The notes below the pieces were generated by a model. That model did no database searches, was not told the DNA's origin, and was given only the letters and a program-made list of their open reading frames with translations. DNA of 64,000 nucleotides from positions 1,870,508-1,934,507 of the forward strand of contig MU053588.1 of assembly GCA_013239625.1 (NCBI GenBank), given 5' to 3'. The translations under genes were made by a program, and so were the position numbers. The number at the start of each line of letters is the position of its first letter. Position 1 is the first letter of the stretch. This stretch comes from Lama guanicoe. Taxonomy: Eukaryota. Positions 12,221-25,132 of this stretch are shown in pieces.

Positions 12221-12680
12221 TGTTGGTGGCGCGATATCATGTACACACGAACACCGTGTGGAGAGAAGCAAAGCAGTTTTCTGTTTATTGATTATTAGAA
12301 AAGAATTTACATAGAACATGCATGGTGCCTCACATATCATCTAAGTTATAACAATGTTAATAATCTTAAGCTATTTCGGTTCCCAGGCTCCAGGTTCCCA
12401 GGCTCCTGCAGTAAGCACAGGATGTTACATGATCAAGGACAGATTGTTTTAAAGTTCGTCACAAAACTTCATTAAGTAGGCCATCTCTCATCCAGCCGGC
12501 TGTGCCTGTCTGAGGTGGTCCTCCTCTGAGGCTCTTACCCGTCGTTGGCTATCCAGCCGTCCATACTGGATACATTAAGTAGGCCATCTCTTATCCAGCT
12601 GGCTATGTGACATTTCTCACTGCTTGTTTATCAGTTCAGCCCATGGCTTATTCTCTAGAGCCTTCAGGCAGGGGCCTACA
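12221..12680 (-). mobile_element. Young solo LTR (460 bp) with 5-bp TSD CCCAC
   Basis: TG...CA termini; CCCAC at 12216-12220 and 12681-12685; AATAAA on the - strand; internal ~35-bp duplication. Confidence 0.85.
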
Positions 12681-13439
12681 CCCACCCCCTAAAATCACAT
12701 CAGAATTCCTTAGGGCCTGGCAAAATTGGGGCTAACAGTAAATATAACTGTGCTGCCTGGTGGTAAAGGCAACCTGCCAGTTCTGGATCTGTGTAGCTGC
12801 CCCGTTGGGAACAGGAGTGGACTGGGTGGGAAGGACTCACCAGACTAGGATTGCTGCATGCAGTGTAGACCACCACCATTATCGCACTCTGTGTCTTTTC
12901 TGAAGGTGGAAAAGATTGGGGATAAATGGAGAAAGTAATGGTAACTGAGGGCAAAGGAAAGACTAAATTGGTTATGTCATAAGGGAACTCCAGTATTCAA
13001 ATAGCACCTCCGAGCAAGAGATGCTATTGTCTGTTAGCTCAGTGATATCAGAGGCCTGATGGAGTAAACCTGTCTGTCAAGACTGTTCCTCCTCTTGGAA
13101 ACTGGTGTATTCAAACGACAGCTGTCCAACCTGAGTGGCCTTTCCCTGGAGAAATTTTATATGGTGATGATGGAGTGGATAATTATTGGTGACTGAATGT
13201 TATTCCAGTAACTGTTATCTTTTGACTTTTAAGATCATGTTGCTGTAAGGGGATCTGTGTTTGAAGTCCAGGGTGTGGACTGTGACATTGTGATATAATA
13301 AGAAAGATAGTTTGGTCTTCATCCATTGTTCCTGGCTCACAGCTCTCAGAACGCTTGTAACACTCTAGGAGATTAGAGCAAGAGGCATCTTTCGTTTTAA
13401 TATCTGGGCTTTGCCCTCAGTTCCTAAAATCACATCAGA

Positions 13440-13820
13440 ATATTAAGCTTAGTGAAACAAGTCAGATAGAGAAAGACAAATAATGTACGATGTCACTTAA
13501 TGTGGAATCTAAAAAATAATATAAATGAATGTATGTGCAAAACAGAAATAGACTCACAGATGTAGAAAACAAAGTAGTGGTTACCAGAGGTGAGAGGGAA
13601 GGTGGGGGTGGGCAAATTAGGGGTATGGAATTAAGAGATATAAACTACTATGTATGAAATATAGACAAACAGCAAGAAATACAGTGCATAGCACAGAAAT
13701 TATAGCCATTATCTTGTAACCACTTTTAATGAAATATAATCTGTAAAAATTTGGAATCACTATGTTGTACACCTGACACTAATATAATATTGTAACTCAA
13801 ACAGTCTTCAATTTAAAAAA
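13440..13820 (+). mobile_element. L1 3' end fragment
   Basis: L1 3'UTR motifs with A tail. Confidence 0.85.
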
Positions 13821-13898
13821 GGTGAAATGAGTGTCTTGTTATTTATAACAAGCCATTTTTAAATCTAACCACACCTGAGTTTATGTTAATGAGGTGAT

Positions 13899-16432
13899 TT
13901 TTTTTTTAATTGAAGTATAGTTCATCTACAGTGTTGTGTTAGTTTCAGGTGTCAGTAAAGTGATTCAGTTATACATATATAACTATGTGTATATAAGTAT
14001 ATATATTTTCTTTTTCAGATTCTTTTCTGTTATATTTTATTACAAGATATTGAATACAGTTCTTTGTGCTGTACAGTAGGACCTTGTTGTTTATCTGTTG
14101 TATATGTAGCACTTTGTATCTGCTAATCCCAAACTCCTAATTTACCGTTCCCCCTTGGTAACTATAAGTTTGTTTTCTGTATCTGTGAATCTGCTTCTGT
14201 TTTGTAGATAGGTTCATTTGAATTATTTTTTAGATTACACATAAAAGTGATATCATATGATATATGTCTTTCTCTGTCTGACTTCACTTAGTATGACAAT
14301 CTCCAGGTCCATCCACTTTGCTGCAAATGGCAATATTTCATTCTTTTTATGGCTGAGTAGTATTCCATTGCACATATATACCACATCTTCTTTATCCATT
14401 CATCTGTTGATGGACATTTAGGTTGCTTCCATGTCTTGGCTATTGTATATAGTGCTGCTATGAACATTGGGGTGCATGTATCTTTTCAAATTAGAGTATT
14501 CTCCAGACATATGCCCAGGAGTGGGACTGCTGAATCATATGGTAACTCTATGTTTAGTTTTTTAAGGAATCTCCATACTGTTTTCCATAGTGGCTGCACC
14601 AGTTTACATTCCCATCAACAGTGTAGGAGGGTTCCCTTTTCTCCACACTCTTTCCAGCATTTATTATTTTTAGACTTTTTGATGATGGCCATTCTGACTT
14701 GGGTGAGGTGATACTTCATTGTAGTTTTGATTTGTATTTCTCTAATAATTAGCAATGTTGAACATCTTTTCATGTGCCTGTTGGCCATCTGTATGTCTTC
14801 TTTGGAGAAATGTCCATTTATGTCTTCTGCCCATTTTTTGATTGGATTGTTTGGGGGTTTTTTTTGATATTGATCTGTATGAGCTGTTTGTATATTTTGG
14901 AAATTAAGTCCTTGTCAGTCGCATCCTTTGCAAATATTTTCTCCCATTATATAGGATATCTTTTCATTTTGTTTATGATTTCCTTTGCTGTGCAAAAGCT
15001 TATGTTTCATTAGGTCCCATTTGTTTATTTCTGCTTCTGTTTCTATTGCCTTGGGAGAATGACCTAAGAAAACATTGGTATGATTTATGTCAAGGAATGC
15101 TTTGCTTGTGTTCTCTTCTAGGAGGTTTATGGTATCATGTCTTATATTTAAGTCTTTAAGTCATTTGAGTTCATTTTTGTGTATGGTGTGAGGGAGTGTT
15201 CTAACTTCACTGATACACATGCAGCTGTTCAGCTTTCCCAACACTGCTTCCTGGAGAGACTGTCTTTTCCCATTGTATATTCTTGCCTCCTTTGTTGAAG
15301 ATTGACCGTAGGTGTGTGGGTTTATTTCTGGGCTCTCTGTTCTGTTCCAGTGATCTATATGTCTGTTTTGTACCAATATCAGCTGTTTTGGTTACTATAG
15401 CCTTGTAATATTGTCTGAAGTCTGCAAAGGTTGTGCCTCCAGCTTTGCTCTTTTTCCTCAGTATTGTTTTGGCAATTCTGGGTCTTTTGTGGTTCTGAGA
15501 CAGGCTGGGACTTGGGACCCTTTGCTGCAGTGCTTGCACCTAGACAAACATCTCCTTGAGCAACAGAATACAAAGGAAGTATAAGGGACTAATATAACTG
15601 CATGCATGCTCAGTTGTGGCAAATTATGAACAGTAAGATACAAAAAGAGTAAAAAGTCAACTGCCACTTCTGAGGTGTTAGGAGCAAAAGTAGGGTACTG
15701 CACATGATCTCTGCACACAGGACCAAAGAGGGTGGGCATACCACCTAAATCACCCCTCTGGCCTGAGCCCTGCACCCACCTCTACCCTCACCCCATTTAA
15801 GGAACCAGTTTGACCCCCCTCAGGATACGAGCAAGGGAACCTGTTGCTTGTTTTTACTCCCTTGTGCTGCAGCAGGAATCCCAATAAAGCCTCGCCTGAA
15901 TTTCTTGTCTGCTCTTGTCAATTTCTGTTGATTAAGGAGTCCAAGAACCCTGGTCAGTAACTGTTCCACATAAATTTTAGAATTGTTTGTTCTAGTTCTG
16001 TGAAAATGTCATGGGTAATTTGATGGGGAACACATTAAACCTGTAAATTTCTTTGGGTTGTATGACCATTTTAACAATATTAATTTTTCCAATCCAAGAG
16101 CATGGGATAATCTTTCTATTTCTTTGAATCATCTTCAATTTCCTTTATCAATATTTTATAGTTCTCAGCGTGTAAGTCTTTTACCTCCTGGATCAGGTTT
16201 ATTCCTAAGTATTTTATTTTTTGATGCAATTTTTTTTAAAAAGGGACTTTAAAAAAATTTCCCTTTCTGATATTTCATTGTTACTGTAAAGAAATACAAC
16301 AGATTCCTGTATGTTAATCCTGTATCCTGCTACCTTCCTGAATTCATTTATAGGTTCTAGTAGTTTTTTGTGGAGCCTTTAGGGTTTTATATATGTAGTA
16401 TCATGTCATGTATATATAATGACAATTTTACC
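13899..16432 (-). mobile_element. 5'-truncated L1 with 11-bp TSD AATGAGGTGAT
   Basis: Poly-T at 13899; ORF2 remnants; TSD at 13888-13898 and 16433-16443. Confidence 0.9.
15496..15962 (+). mobile_element. Solo LTR (ERV1-like) inserted in L1, 4-bp TSD GTTC
   Basis: TG start and AATAAA; GTTC at 15492-15495 and 15963-15966; L1 resumes colinearly. Confidence 0.85.
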
Positions 16433-17594
16433 AATGAGGTGATATTTTGAAAGCTCTTTGATATGCACAGGTTGGTGGCTGATTGCCAGGGGGAACCGAC
16501 CATGTGATTAGAACTTTCAGGCCCATCAGCTGCTCTCTGGGGAGGGGAGATTGAGCTAATTACTAATGGCTGATGATTTAATCAGTATTGGCCTAATGAG
16601 GCCACTATAAAAATTCTAAAGGACAAGGTTCGGAGAGCTGGGTTGGTGAAGAAGACCTCATTTACATGCAGTAAAGATGGCACATTCAAACTCCGCAGGG
16701 ATGCTCCTGTGTTGGGACCCTTCTGGACCTCACCCTTTCTAACTCTTCATCCAGCTTTGCATTCATATCCTTTACTATTCTTTGCAATAAATCAGTAATC
16801 TGATAAGTAAACTGTTTTCCTGAGTTCTCTGAGCAGTTCTAGAAAATGATCCAACTCAAGGAGGGAGATTGTGGGAACCTCTGATTCAAAGCTGGTGGAT
16901 CATAAGCACAGTGACAACTTGGACTTTTGACTACTGGAGTCAAAAGTGGGGCTGTCTTCCCTCTAGGACTGAACTCAACCTATGGGATCTGATGCTATGT
17001 CCAGATAGATGGTGTCAGAACTGAGTTACACGGTAGAACTGCTAGCTGGTGTGTGAGAATGGCTGGGGGGTTGGGGAACCCACACACACCTGTTATCAAC
17101 AGTGAAGTATTGAGAATAGAGTAGAAACAGAAGTTTTCCTTTGCATCATGTATGTAGAAAACCCTAAAGACCCAACCAAAACCTCTGAGAACTAATGAAT
17201 TCAGTAAAGTTGCAGGGTACAAAATCAACATACAGAAATTGGTCACATTTCTATACACAAACAGATTATCTGAAAAGAAATTAAGAAAGCAGTCCCATTC
17301 ATGACAGCAACAAAAGTTAAATACTTAACAAATTTAAACAGGTGAAAGACTTGTACACTAAAATTTGTAAAAAAACTGATGAAGAAAATGAAAGAAGATA
17401 CAGATGGAAAGATAACCAGTATTCATGGATCAGAATTAGTATTGTTAAAATGTTAATGCTGCCCAAAGTGATACCCTGCAGAAGTCCCCTCGTGAATACA
17501 ACAAAAGATAACCCTTTTGGCTCTCATCACAGGAAATGCCAAGGATTTTAGGAGCTCTGTGCCAGGAACAGACCGTATATATATTTCTTTTTTA

Positions 17595-17720
17595 AAAAAT
17601 TATTTTAAATTGGGAGGAAAGGTAATCAGGTTTACTTTTTTAATGGAGGTACTGGGGATTGAACCCAGGACCTTGTGCATGCTAAAGCACATGCTCTACC
17701 TCTGAGCTCTACCCTCCTCT
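17595..17720 (-). mobile_element. tRNA-Ala-derived SINE (Vic-1-like)
   Basis: Reverse complement of the same consensus as 12095-12220. Confidence 0.85.
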
Positions 17721-19072
17721 TATTATTTTAAGTTGCAGTATCACAACTTAAGTGCCCAAGTACCTGGAAAAGAGAACAGAAGTTCAGACATGTCAGAAAA
17801 TTGCAGAACAGGAATCATGGGTTATAAGGAGAAATTCTGAGGAAGTCTACAGAGGAGAGAGTTACAGTCTTGGTTCTTCCCTGTACAATGTGTCCCATCT
17901 TTCCTTTCCACGATCATCTATAAAATGAGTTAGGCTCCCCTAGCCGAAAGTTGGACAGATACACTGAATTTGATCAGGACAAGAATAAGCAAAAGTACAT
18001 TGAAGTGGGGTAGAGGAAGAGAGGAACAGACAGGGGAGAGTCAGAACGGAGATGTAGTCCCCGTCGAATGGTGGCCAGGTAGAAGGAGAGACTGAGATAC
18101 ATGAATGAAAGAGGGAAAAACAGCTGAAAGAGGGGAAGGCAGAACTGAAGTGTATAAAAGAATAGGACCAGCTGCATTTATCCAGCAGTGATAGATAGCA
18201 GATCAGTGGAACGGCCAGCACTGGCTCAGACCTGGATGGTTGAAGTGAAGACAATACACCTGGACCAGATCCAGGTGATGGCAGTGTTCTGAGTTGCGTG
18301 TATCAGGCAGCCTGGGGGAGGAGGGGGTCATTTGAGGTGAGTGCTTAGAGGGCTGAACTCAACACCCACCTGAATTCAACTCACCTTGGGGTATGAGGAA
18401 AGTCTGTGAGGCAAAGGGTGTAGTGCCCGGTGTAGAGGTTTAGGGAACGTGGTATTTTGCATACAGATGGGGAGGAGACCCTGTAGAATGCACAGCAGGT
18501 GGAGGGAGAACATTTGACCCAGCTCCTATTTCAGAGGAAAGAAGAGAAAGGGAGCAATTTGACTTGAGAAAGCTGCAAGCGAGGAGGCAGGCCGTCTCAG
18601 GTACAGGCAGCTCTCACAGTTCTGTAGCTCTCTATGACAGTGCTTTTTAAAACTTTAAGGTCTCTTTATGTTCCCTAGGGATCTGTTTAAATGGCAGATT
18701 TTGATTTCATGGGTGTGGTGATTCCACAGGTCTGAAATTCTACATTTGTAATAATCTCTGAGGTCGTCCAGACACCTGCTGGTCTGCAGACTGCACTTTG
18801 AGCAGCTGGGCTCTGTGGTACATTTTTATAGCCATTATCACATTATCCATGTATTTCTGTGACTCACAAATGATTCTTTCTTTTCAGACTCCAAGTTTCC
18901 TGAAGCCAGTGTTTTGTTTAGAGCTGAACCGAAAGGCCAAACAACAGTAAGAAGCAGGTACTCCATAAAATTGCAAATGATTACATTTAAACATATGATT
19001 GTTGAATTGTGTATATATGACTGCCATGCTGCGTATGTAGTCTTGTGTGTACAGAATTTTATGCATTATACT

Positions 19073-19697
19073 TGTTACTAAACTGAACTTGGATCTGCAA
19101 AGCCAGTCTGTTGACACTGGGTTGTGATGAAGGAAAGTGCAGTGTTTATTGCAACATGGGGTCGGTCAAGCAAGGAGAATGGGCAGATTTGCTTAAAAGA
19201 CCCGAGTTCCCTGATGACTTTAAGGGAAGGGTTTGTAAGGATGGGGTGAGGGAGAGGGTTGCAGGGTGCCTGATCCGCTTGTGGACAGTGTTTGGGTTGG
19301 TTGGGGTTGAGGTAACAAGGTGATATTTCAGGAATCAACATCATCAACCTTCTTCTAACTAGTGTGAGGTCTGTGTCCTTGCGGTCAGCATGCAGTTAAC
19401 TTCTTCCACCTGGTGGGGGTCTCAGTCTCTGAAAAACAACTCTCACGCATGTGGCTCCGAATATTATCCATAGTCCTGGAAGTGGAACTAAAGGTCCTTT
19501 GTTTTATGGGTAAACAATTTTGATTTTCTCTTGCTTGTCTGTTTTTCTTTGTTTCTGCATTTTGTCACTTCTCTGATTAAATTTGCTCTTTGGAGCTGGG
19601 GGAAGACCTAGGAGGCTAAAATTTTCTACAAACAAGAGGCAGTGGACATGGCGGTGTCTGTCCCATGGAAGACCCCGCAGAGTCCTGCTCAGTTTCA
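19073..19697 (-). mobile_element. Solo LTR (ERV1-like, ~625 bp)
   Basis: TG...CA termini; AATAAA on the - strand; near-TSD TACT/TACA. Confidence 0.75.
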
Positions 19698-20534
19698 TAC
19701 ATAATGTGTCTTGTTCTTGTTTTGACTTCATGAACTCAGACACACAGCCTCCCATCTTCAGTTCCAGGTATCTCCTACTATGGGGGAGGCAGTGAGTGAT
19801 GGCCAGTCTTGTCCAGGTAGGATCAGCTGAAGTGGATCTGCCACCTCCTTCATTCAATCTTCTTACCTGTTATTGGACAGCTTTCTGCTAAAGTTGGTCA
19901 TAATGGGTGCATGTGCTGAATTAAATCAGGAAATAGACAAAGAAAATTGCTAAATTGATCCAGGAGCCATCAGGTTGTCTGGGGAAGGAAACAGTGCTGA
20001 GGATGAGACAGAATATGGTTGAGGGCAGGATGGGGTGGGTCGGGGGAGAATGTGATGAGATGTTAATTATAAAAAGGCAGACCTTAGAAATTTGGGTTCT
20101 AATTGGCATGTAAGGAGCTTGGAAATTGCCAGTCAATCCTAACAAAAAGGAAAAAGGTGAACATACTGGAAAAACCAACAAAACTCTTCGTGGATACATA
20201 CAGGAGGGTAGGATACAGGGCATACTGCTGCTCCTAAGATGGCAGAGCCCGACTGGCAAATACATGGAGTCACTGCTTGCTGGAACAGAGACCAGGGGAA
20301 CCGGTGCTGGGGCAGGAAAACCTAACCTGTGACTGATGAACTGCTAGAGGCTAAGTGTGGACAATCTGGGAGTTAACACCAGTGGGGACCCAGTCATGAT
20401 GAGGCTTCTGTAGTATTGTGGAATTTACTCCTGGAGTTTGACCAGCTTCTTGCATTGAATACGGAGGAAATTCTTGTGCTTCCAGTATGGGGAAGAGAAA
20501 GGAACCATTCTGAAATATGCTAGAACACTCTGTT

Positions 20535-20648
20535 CTTTTTTGTGGGGTGGTAATTAGGTATTTATGTATTCATGAGGTCCTGGGGAATGAACCCAGGACC
20601 TCCTGCAGGCTAAACATGTGCTCTACCCTTGAGCCATACCCTCCCCCT
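20535..20648 (-). mobile_element. tRNA-Ala-derived SINE within an old L1 5' region (~20080-20980)
   Basis: SINE consensus match. Confidence 0.8.
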
Positions 20649-23600
20649 AGAGCATTCTGTTCTTAACAAGACCTGCCCTTGGGGCAAACTAATTAACCAG
20701 AGCCTAACCTGCTAGGGTATTATTATCAGAGCCTCACTAACCTGGAGGAAGAAAAATATCCAGTATCAGCTGGCTTTAGCCACATGGGAGAAGGAAATGC
20801 CCGCTCCAGCCCACTGTAGCCCTCTTGTCCAACCTAAGGGATGGCAGGTGGGGGAATCTGAGAAACATTTGTGAAGTTTAAAGTCCAGAGTCACAGGCTC
20901 AGTAAAAGGCTGAGACCTAATAGTAAGAGTATAGAATATTTCTCCTCTCCCCAAACCTAACTACTACATTACTAAGGTATTTTAAAATGCATTTTAAATG
21001 GGATTTTTAAACTTTCTCTTGCTGATATTTCATTATTAGTGTAAAGAAGGGCAACAGATTTCTGTATATTAATCATGCATCCTGTGATATTGCTGAATTC
21101 ATTAGTTCTAACAGTTTTAGGGTGGAGACTTCAGGGTTCTCTGTATAAAGTAATCAGGTCATCTGCTAATTAGTGACAGTTTTACCTCTTCCCTTCCAAG
21201 TTGGAAACCTTTTATTTCTTTTCTTGTCCGATTTGTTATGTCTAGGACTTCCAATAATATGTTAAATAGAGGTGGTGAGAGTGGGTATCCTTGTCTTGTT
21301 CTTCAATTTAGTGGAAAGGCTTTCTGCTTTTCACCATTGAATAGTATGTTGGCTGTGGGTTTGTCTAAGTGTGAACAGCAGTATGAAACTGGAAATCAAC
21401 TACAACCTCGGACCCAACAATATCCTGAGAGCTTAGGACAGTGAATGTAGGACCTGGGCGCTGCCAGTGTAGTGACTGTGTCGCCTAACTCCAGGGTCAC
21501 CACCAGCATTGAGCTCCAGGTGGCGCCATTCGTATATAACATGAAAGACGCTGCTTAGTGATGGTTCGGTCCTCTAGTCCCTCTCCTGCGGGCGGGCAGC
21601 ACCCCTCTGCTCTCTGCACGGGGACCGCGGCTTCCCGGGTTCTCAAACTGGTCGGTACACACCAGTGGGCGTTGGCTGAGGCCCTGCTACGCTGAGCTGC
21701 TTTCCGTGAGGATGTTCTATCCAAGTTTCCTACTGTGTTTCTCGCATTGTCGCTCAGGGCTTAGGACCCTCCCCTTACCCTTGATATCCAATCAGGACAA
21801 GGGCTGGATCTCTCGAGGGACCAGCCGGGCAAAGGACATCTTACCCTCCCAAATTTAAATGCAGATGAAAATGGAGTTTCTCTATGGAAATGTTAATAAC
21901 AATAATTGACGTGAAAAAGTAGAAACTCTAAATAGACCAATAACCAAAGAAATTATAAAGGAAGTAAGATCTATACTCTAAGAAAGGTATAGATGATTCA
22001 TAAGCCAATTCACCATACATTCAAAGAAAGTATTCCTAGGTTATAGAAAGTGGTCCAGAGAATAGAAAAAGAACAGATACTACTGAAATCATTTTAGTGG
22101 TTGGCATAATTCTCTTAACAAATCTAGAAAAGTAGAATAAAAGTCTAGGCCGATGGCACTCATAAACAGAAGGAAAATTTACAAAGAAAATATTAACAAA
22201 TTAAACTCAGCAGTGTTTTAAGACGATAATTCACAATAAATGAGAGGAATGCTTTCAGAAATACAGAAATATCTCAACATTAGAAAATTTGCCATTGCAT
22301 CTCAGCACACTTACAGGTTAAATATGGAATAACATTTGATCATCTTGAAAGAGGTAGAAATGTTGCAGATTAATGAGAGAGACCCGAAATTCAGTCGTCT
22401 CCTTTCTCTGCCTTTCCTCCAGCTGTTGGGACAGGAAGCTGGAGCACATAATTCATGATTCCTTAAAATTTTGAGAGGTCAGCGAGGAGAGTCTGAACCC
22501 TGAGTGTCAGAGGAGGAGAGCCTCAGAGACACTTCCTCACCTGAAAACCGCGATAGCGATGTTTACCGGTCATACAGTGAGTGCTCCATCATGTATTACC
22601 TGCATGATTTTATCAGTTCTAAGCTGTTTTGTTTTCACATTTCAGCATATCTAGAAATCAGATTTTATCCTGTAACTGAGGGCATCTTACAGTTGCTCCC
22701 TGTTGAACAGCAGTCACAATGCAATCAGCCTTGCCGGGTTATTGTTCCCCTCCCATCTTGTAACGTTTAAGCACAAATCATTTAAAAGCCATTTGCAGAA
22801 GGAACATGAATCCTGGTTGTTGGGAAGCCCTTCCATGGACACGTGTTGAAAGGAAGAGGGCTGAGCTTAGAAGCAAATCCAGAAACGAGAGTTGAGCGCT
22901 ATTCTAACAGATGTCCATCAGTAACGCTCTTGATAGCACAAGGGCAGTATTTATGGGAGAGCACAAATGTCAGGACCTCTAAATCAGAAAATGAGTCAAA
23001 ATGTCTGCATTTCACTATGAGATGCATTGATGGCTGGACAGATGTGTATAAAAAAGCAAGTGTGGTTAAAAAAAATTCTAGCAGGGCAACCTTGGACAAA
23101 TGACTCACCTCTCTGGGCCTCAGTCTCCTCATTTCTGAAACAGGTATAGTAACAGTTAATGTCTACCTCATAGAGTTGTCATGAGGGTTAAATGAATTAA
23201 AATATACACAGCTCTTGGAGAAGTGCTGGGCTTCTACTGAGCGCCATATAAATGCTTTTATTTATATTATTTTAGAAATACACAATGTTCTGTGCATTAT
23301 TTTTTTCCAGATGAGACAGACTGAGATGAAGTTTTTTTTTTAAGAACATTTTGCTTTCCACTTCAGTACTTTAAAATTTTTCTTCGTTATTTTCATGTAT
23401 TACTTTATCAAAAATTTTTTTTAATCCTGGCTGTTTGTGTTTCTGTTTCTGGACACTAGAAATATCTTGCCTTCTTGGGACAGACTTTCTGTCTTCTGGA
23501 TAAGTCTAGAATGACTGTTAAGTCACATCAATGTAAAGCAAGCATTCACCGCTGATGGCTAAGGACGGGAAAAGAAAATCTGCCCAAGGGACAGGGGTCT

Positions 23601-23869
23601 TCTGAGAGGAAAGGGATTAGCACCCAGACCCCTTCTCTTTGAGACACCAAAGTTTTAGAACATTTCTGTTAAACTGGAATGGCCAGACCATAGACAGCTG
23701 TCAGGAGAAGGTCAGGGGATTTCTAGAAGAAAACTTACCATGATGGGTAGGTGTGTGCATTGGTCGCTTAGACACAGGTAGCTTGATGAATTAGGGTAGA
23801 GTGTTGGTGGGTTAGATTTGGGTTCCCTATGCAGGGTATAACAGGCAGATTTCCATGTAACAGGGAAAG

Positions 23870-24330
23870 TGCTTATATTAACCACTAGGGCTGCCACAAT
23901 CAAGTACCACAAACTGTAAAGCTTAGACAACAGAAGTTTATTTTCCTTGATCTTGGCTGTGAGTCCAAGATCAAGGTGCTGGCAGGGTTGGCAGGCAAAG
24001 CCTGAGGGCTGTGATGGAGTTCCATGCTTCTAGAAGCTCCTGGCTTCTAGGGCTTTGCAGGTGGTCTGTGGCATTCCTTGGCTTGGAGATGCTGTCACTT
24101 AATACCTGCTTCCGTTTTCATGTGGCATTCTCCCTGTGTGTGTGTGTCTCTGTGTCCAAATCCGCCCCCCACCTTTTATGAGGACACACTAGTCATACTA
24201 GATTAGGGCCCAACCTAATGGCCTCATCTTAACTTGATCATCTACAAAGACCCTATTTCCAAATAAAGCCACACTCACAGGCAGTGGGGCTTAGAACGGC
24301 CATGTCTTTTGGGGGATGCAGTTTAGTCAT
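23870..24330 (-). mobile_element. MaLR LTR (MLT1-type)
   Basis: gggctgcc..aagtaccacaaact..gagtccaagatcaaggtg..gcagggttgg; ctttatgaggacac motifs. Confidence 0.8.
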
Positions 24331-25132
24331 AAGCAGGGATGTGCTTCACACCAGGCAAGAAAGGTGCCTTAATTTCTCCACCTACAGGATGGTGTGAACA
24401 TTGTGTATTGGGCTTGATAAGGCTTTTAATAGGAAAAAATAATCATCTCTTTTCACTAGAGCACACCCCAGAGAAGCGTATCCTCTGAATCAGAAATATT
24501 TGGCATTGAGAAGTCACTACCTAGGTATTTCTCTTCATGTTTGTCTGGACTTGGGAGATAAGAAAAAGAAATCTCAGGTTCATTTGCTTTTGTTTCTTTT
24601 CCCATTTCTAAAATTCATTTTATTGTGTCCCTCTAGTACATTTTCAGTTTCCTTTTTAAATTAATTTTTTATTGAGGTATAGTGGATTTACAGTAGTATA
24701 TAAGTTTCAGGTGTACAGTAGTGATCTACAATATTTAAATATTATATTCTATTTATAGTTATAAAATATTGGCTGTATTCCCTATGCCATACAATATATC
24801 CTTATAGCGTATTTATTTTATACATAGTAGTTTGGACCTCTTAATCCTCTACCTCATCTTGCCCTTTCTCCCTTCCCTCTCCCTACTAGTAACCACTAGT
24901 TTGTTCTTTATATCTGTGTCTTTTTCTTTTATATTCGCTAGTTTGTTTTGTATTTTTTTTAGAGTTCACGTATAAGTGATATCATACAGTTTTTATCTTT
25001 CTGATTTAACTGAGCATAATACCCTCCTCCGAGTCCATCCATGTGGTTGCAAATGGCAAAATTTCACTCTTTTGATGGTTGAGTAGTATTCCATTGTGTG
25101 TATATGCACACTGTATCTTTCTTTTTCCTTTT

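Larger units (their letters stand above)
9640..13280 (+). mobile_element. Decayed ERV-L-class (MER21-int-like) internal region with RNase H and integrase remnants
   Basis: AQWAELHA...FTDSLAVA.GLA.WSG RNase H remnant (~10960-11090); DTDFGLGFSY...FGWPAVTSSDK integrase remnant (ORF 11407..11703); followed by a MER21-like LTR. Confidence 0.8.
13281..17140 (+). mobile_element. MER21-like LTR split into three pieces (13281-13440, 13821-13898, 16433-17140) by L1 insertions
   Basis: MER21-like motifs: tgtga.attgtga, tgatttaatca, gggttcggagagc, aataaa..gtaa...tttcctgagttct, ggatctgatgctat. Confidence 0.8.
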
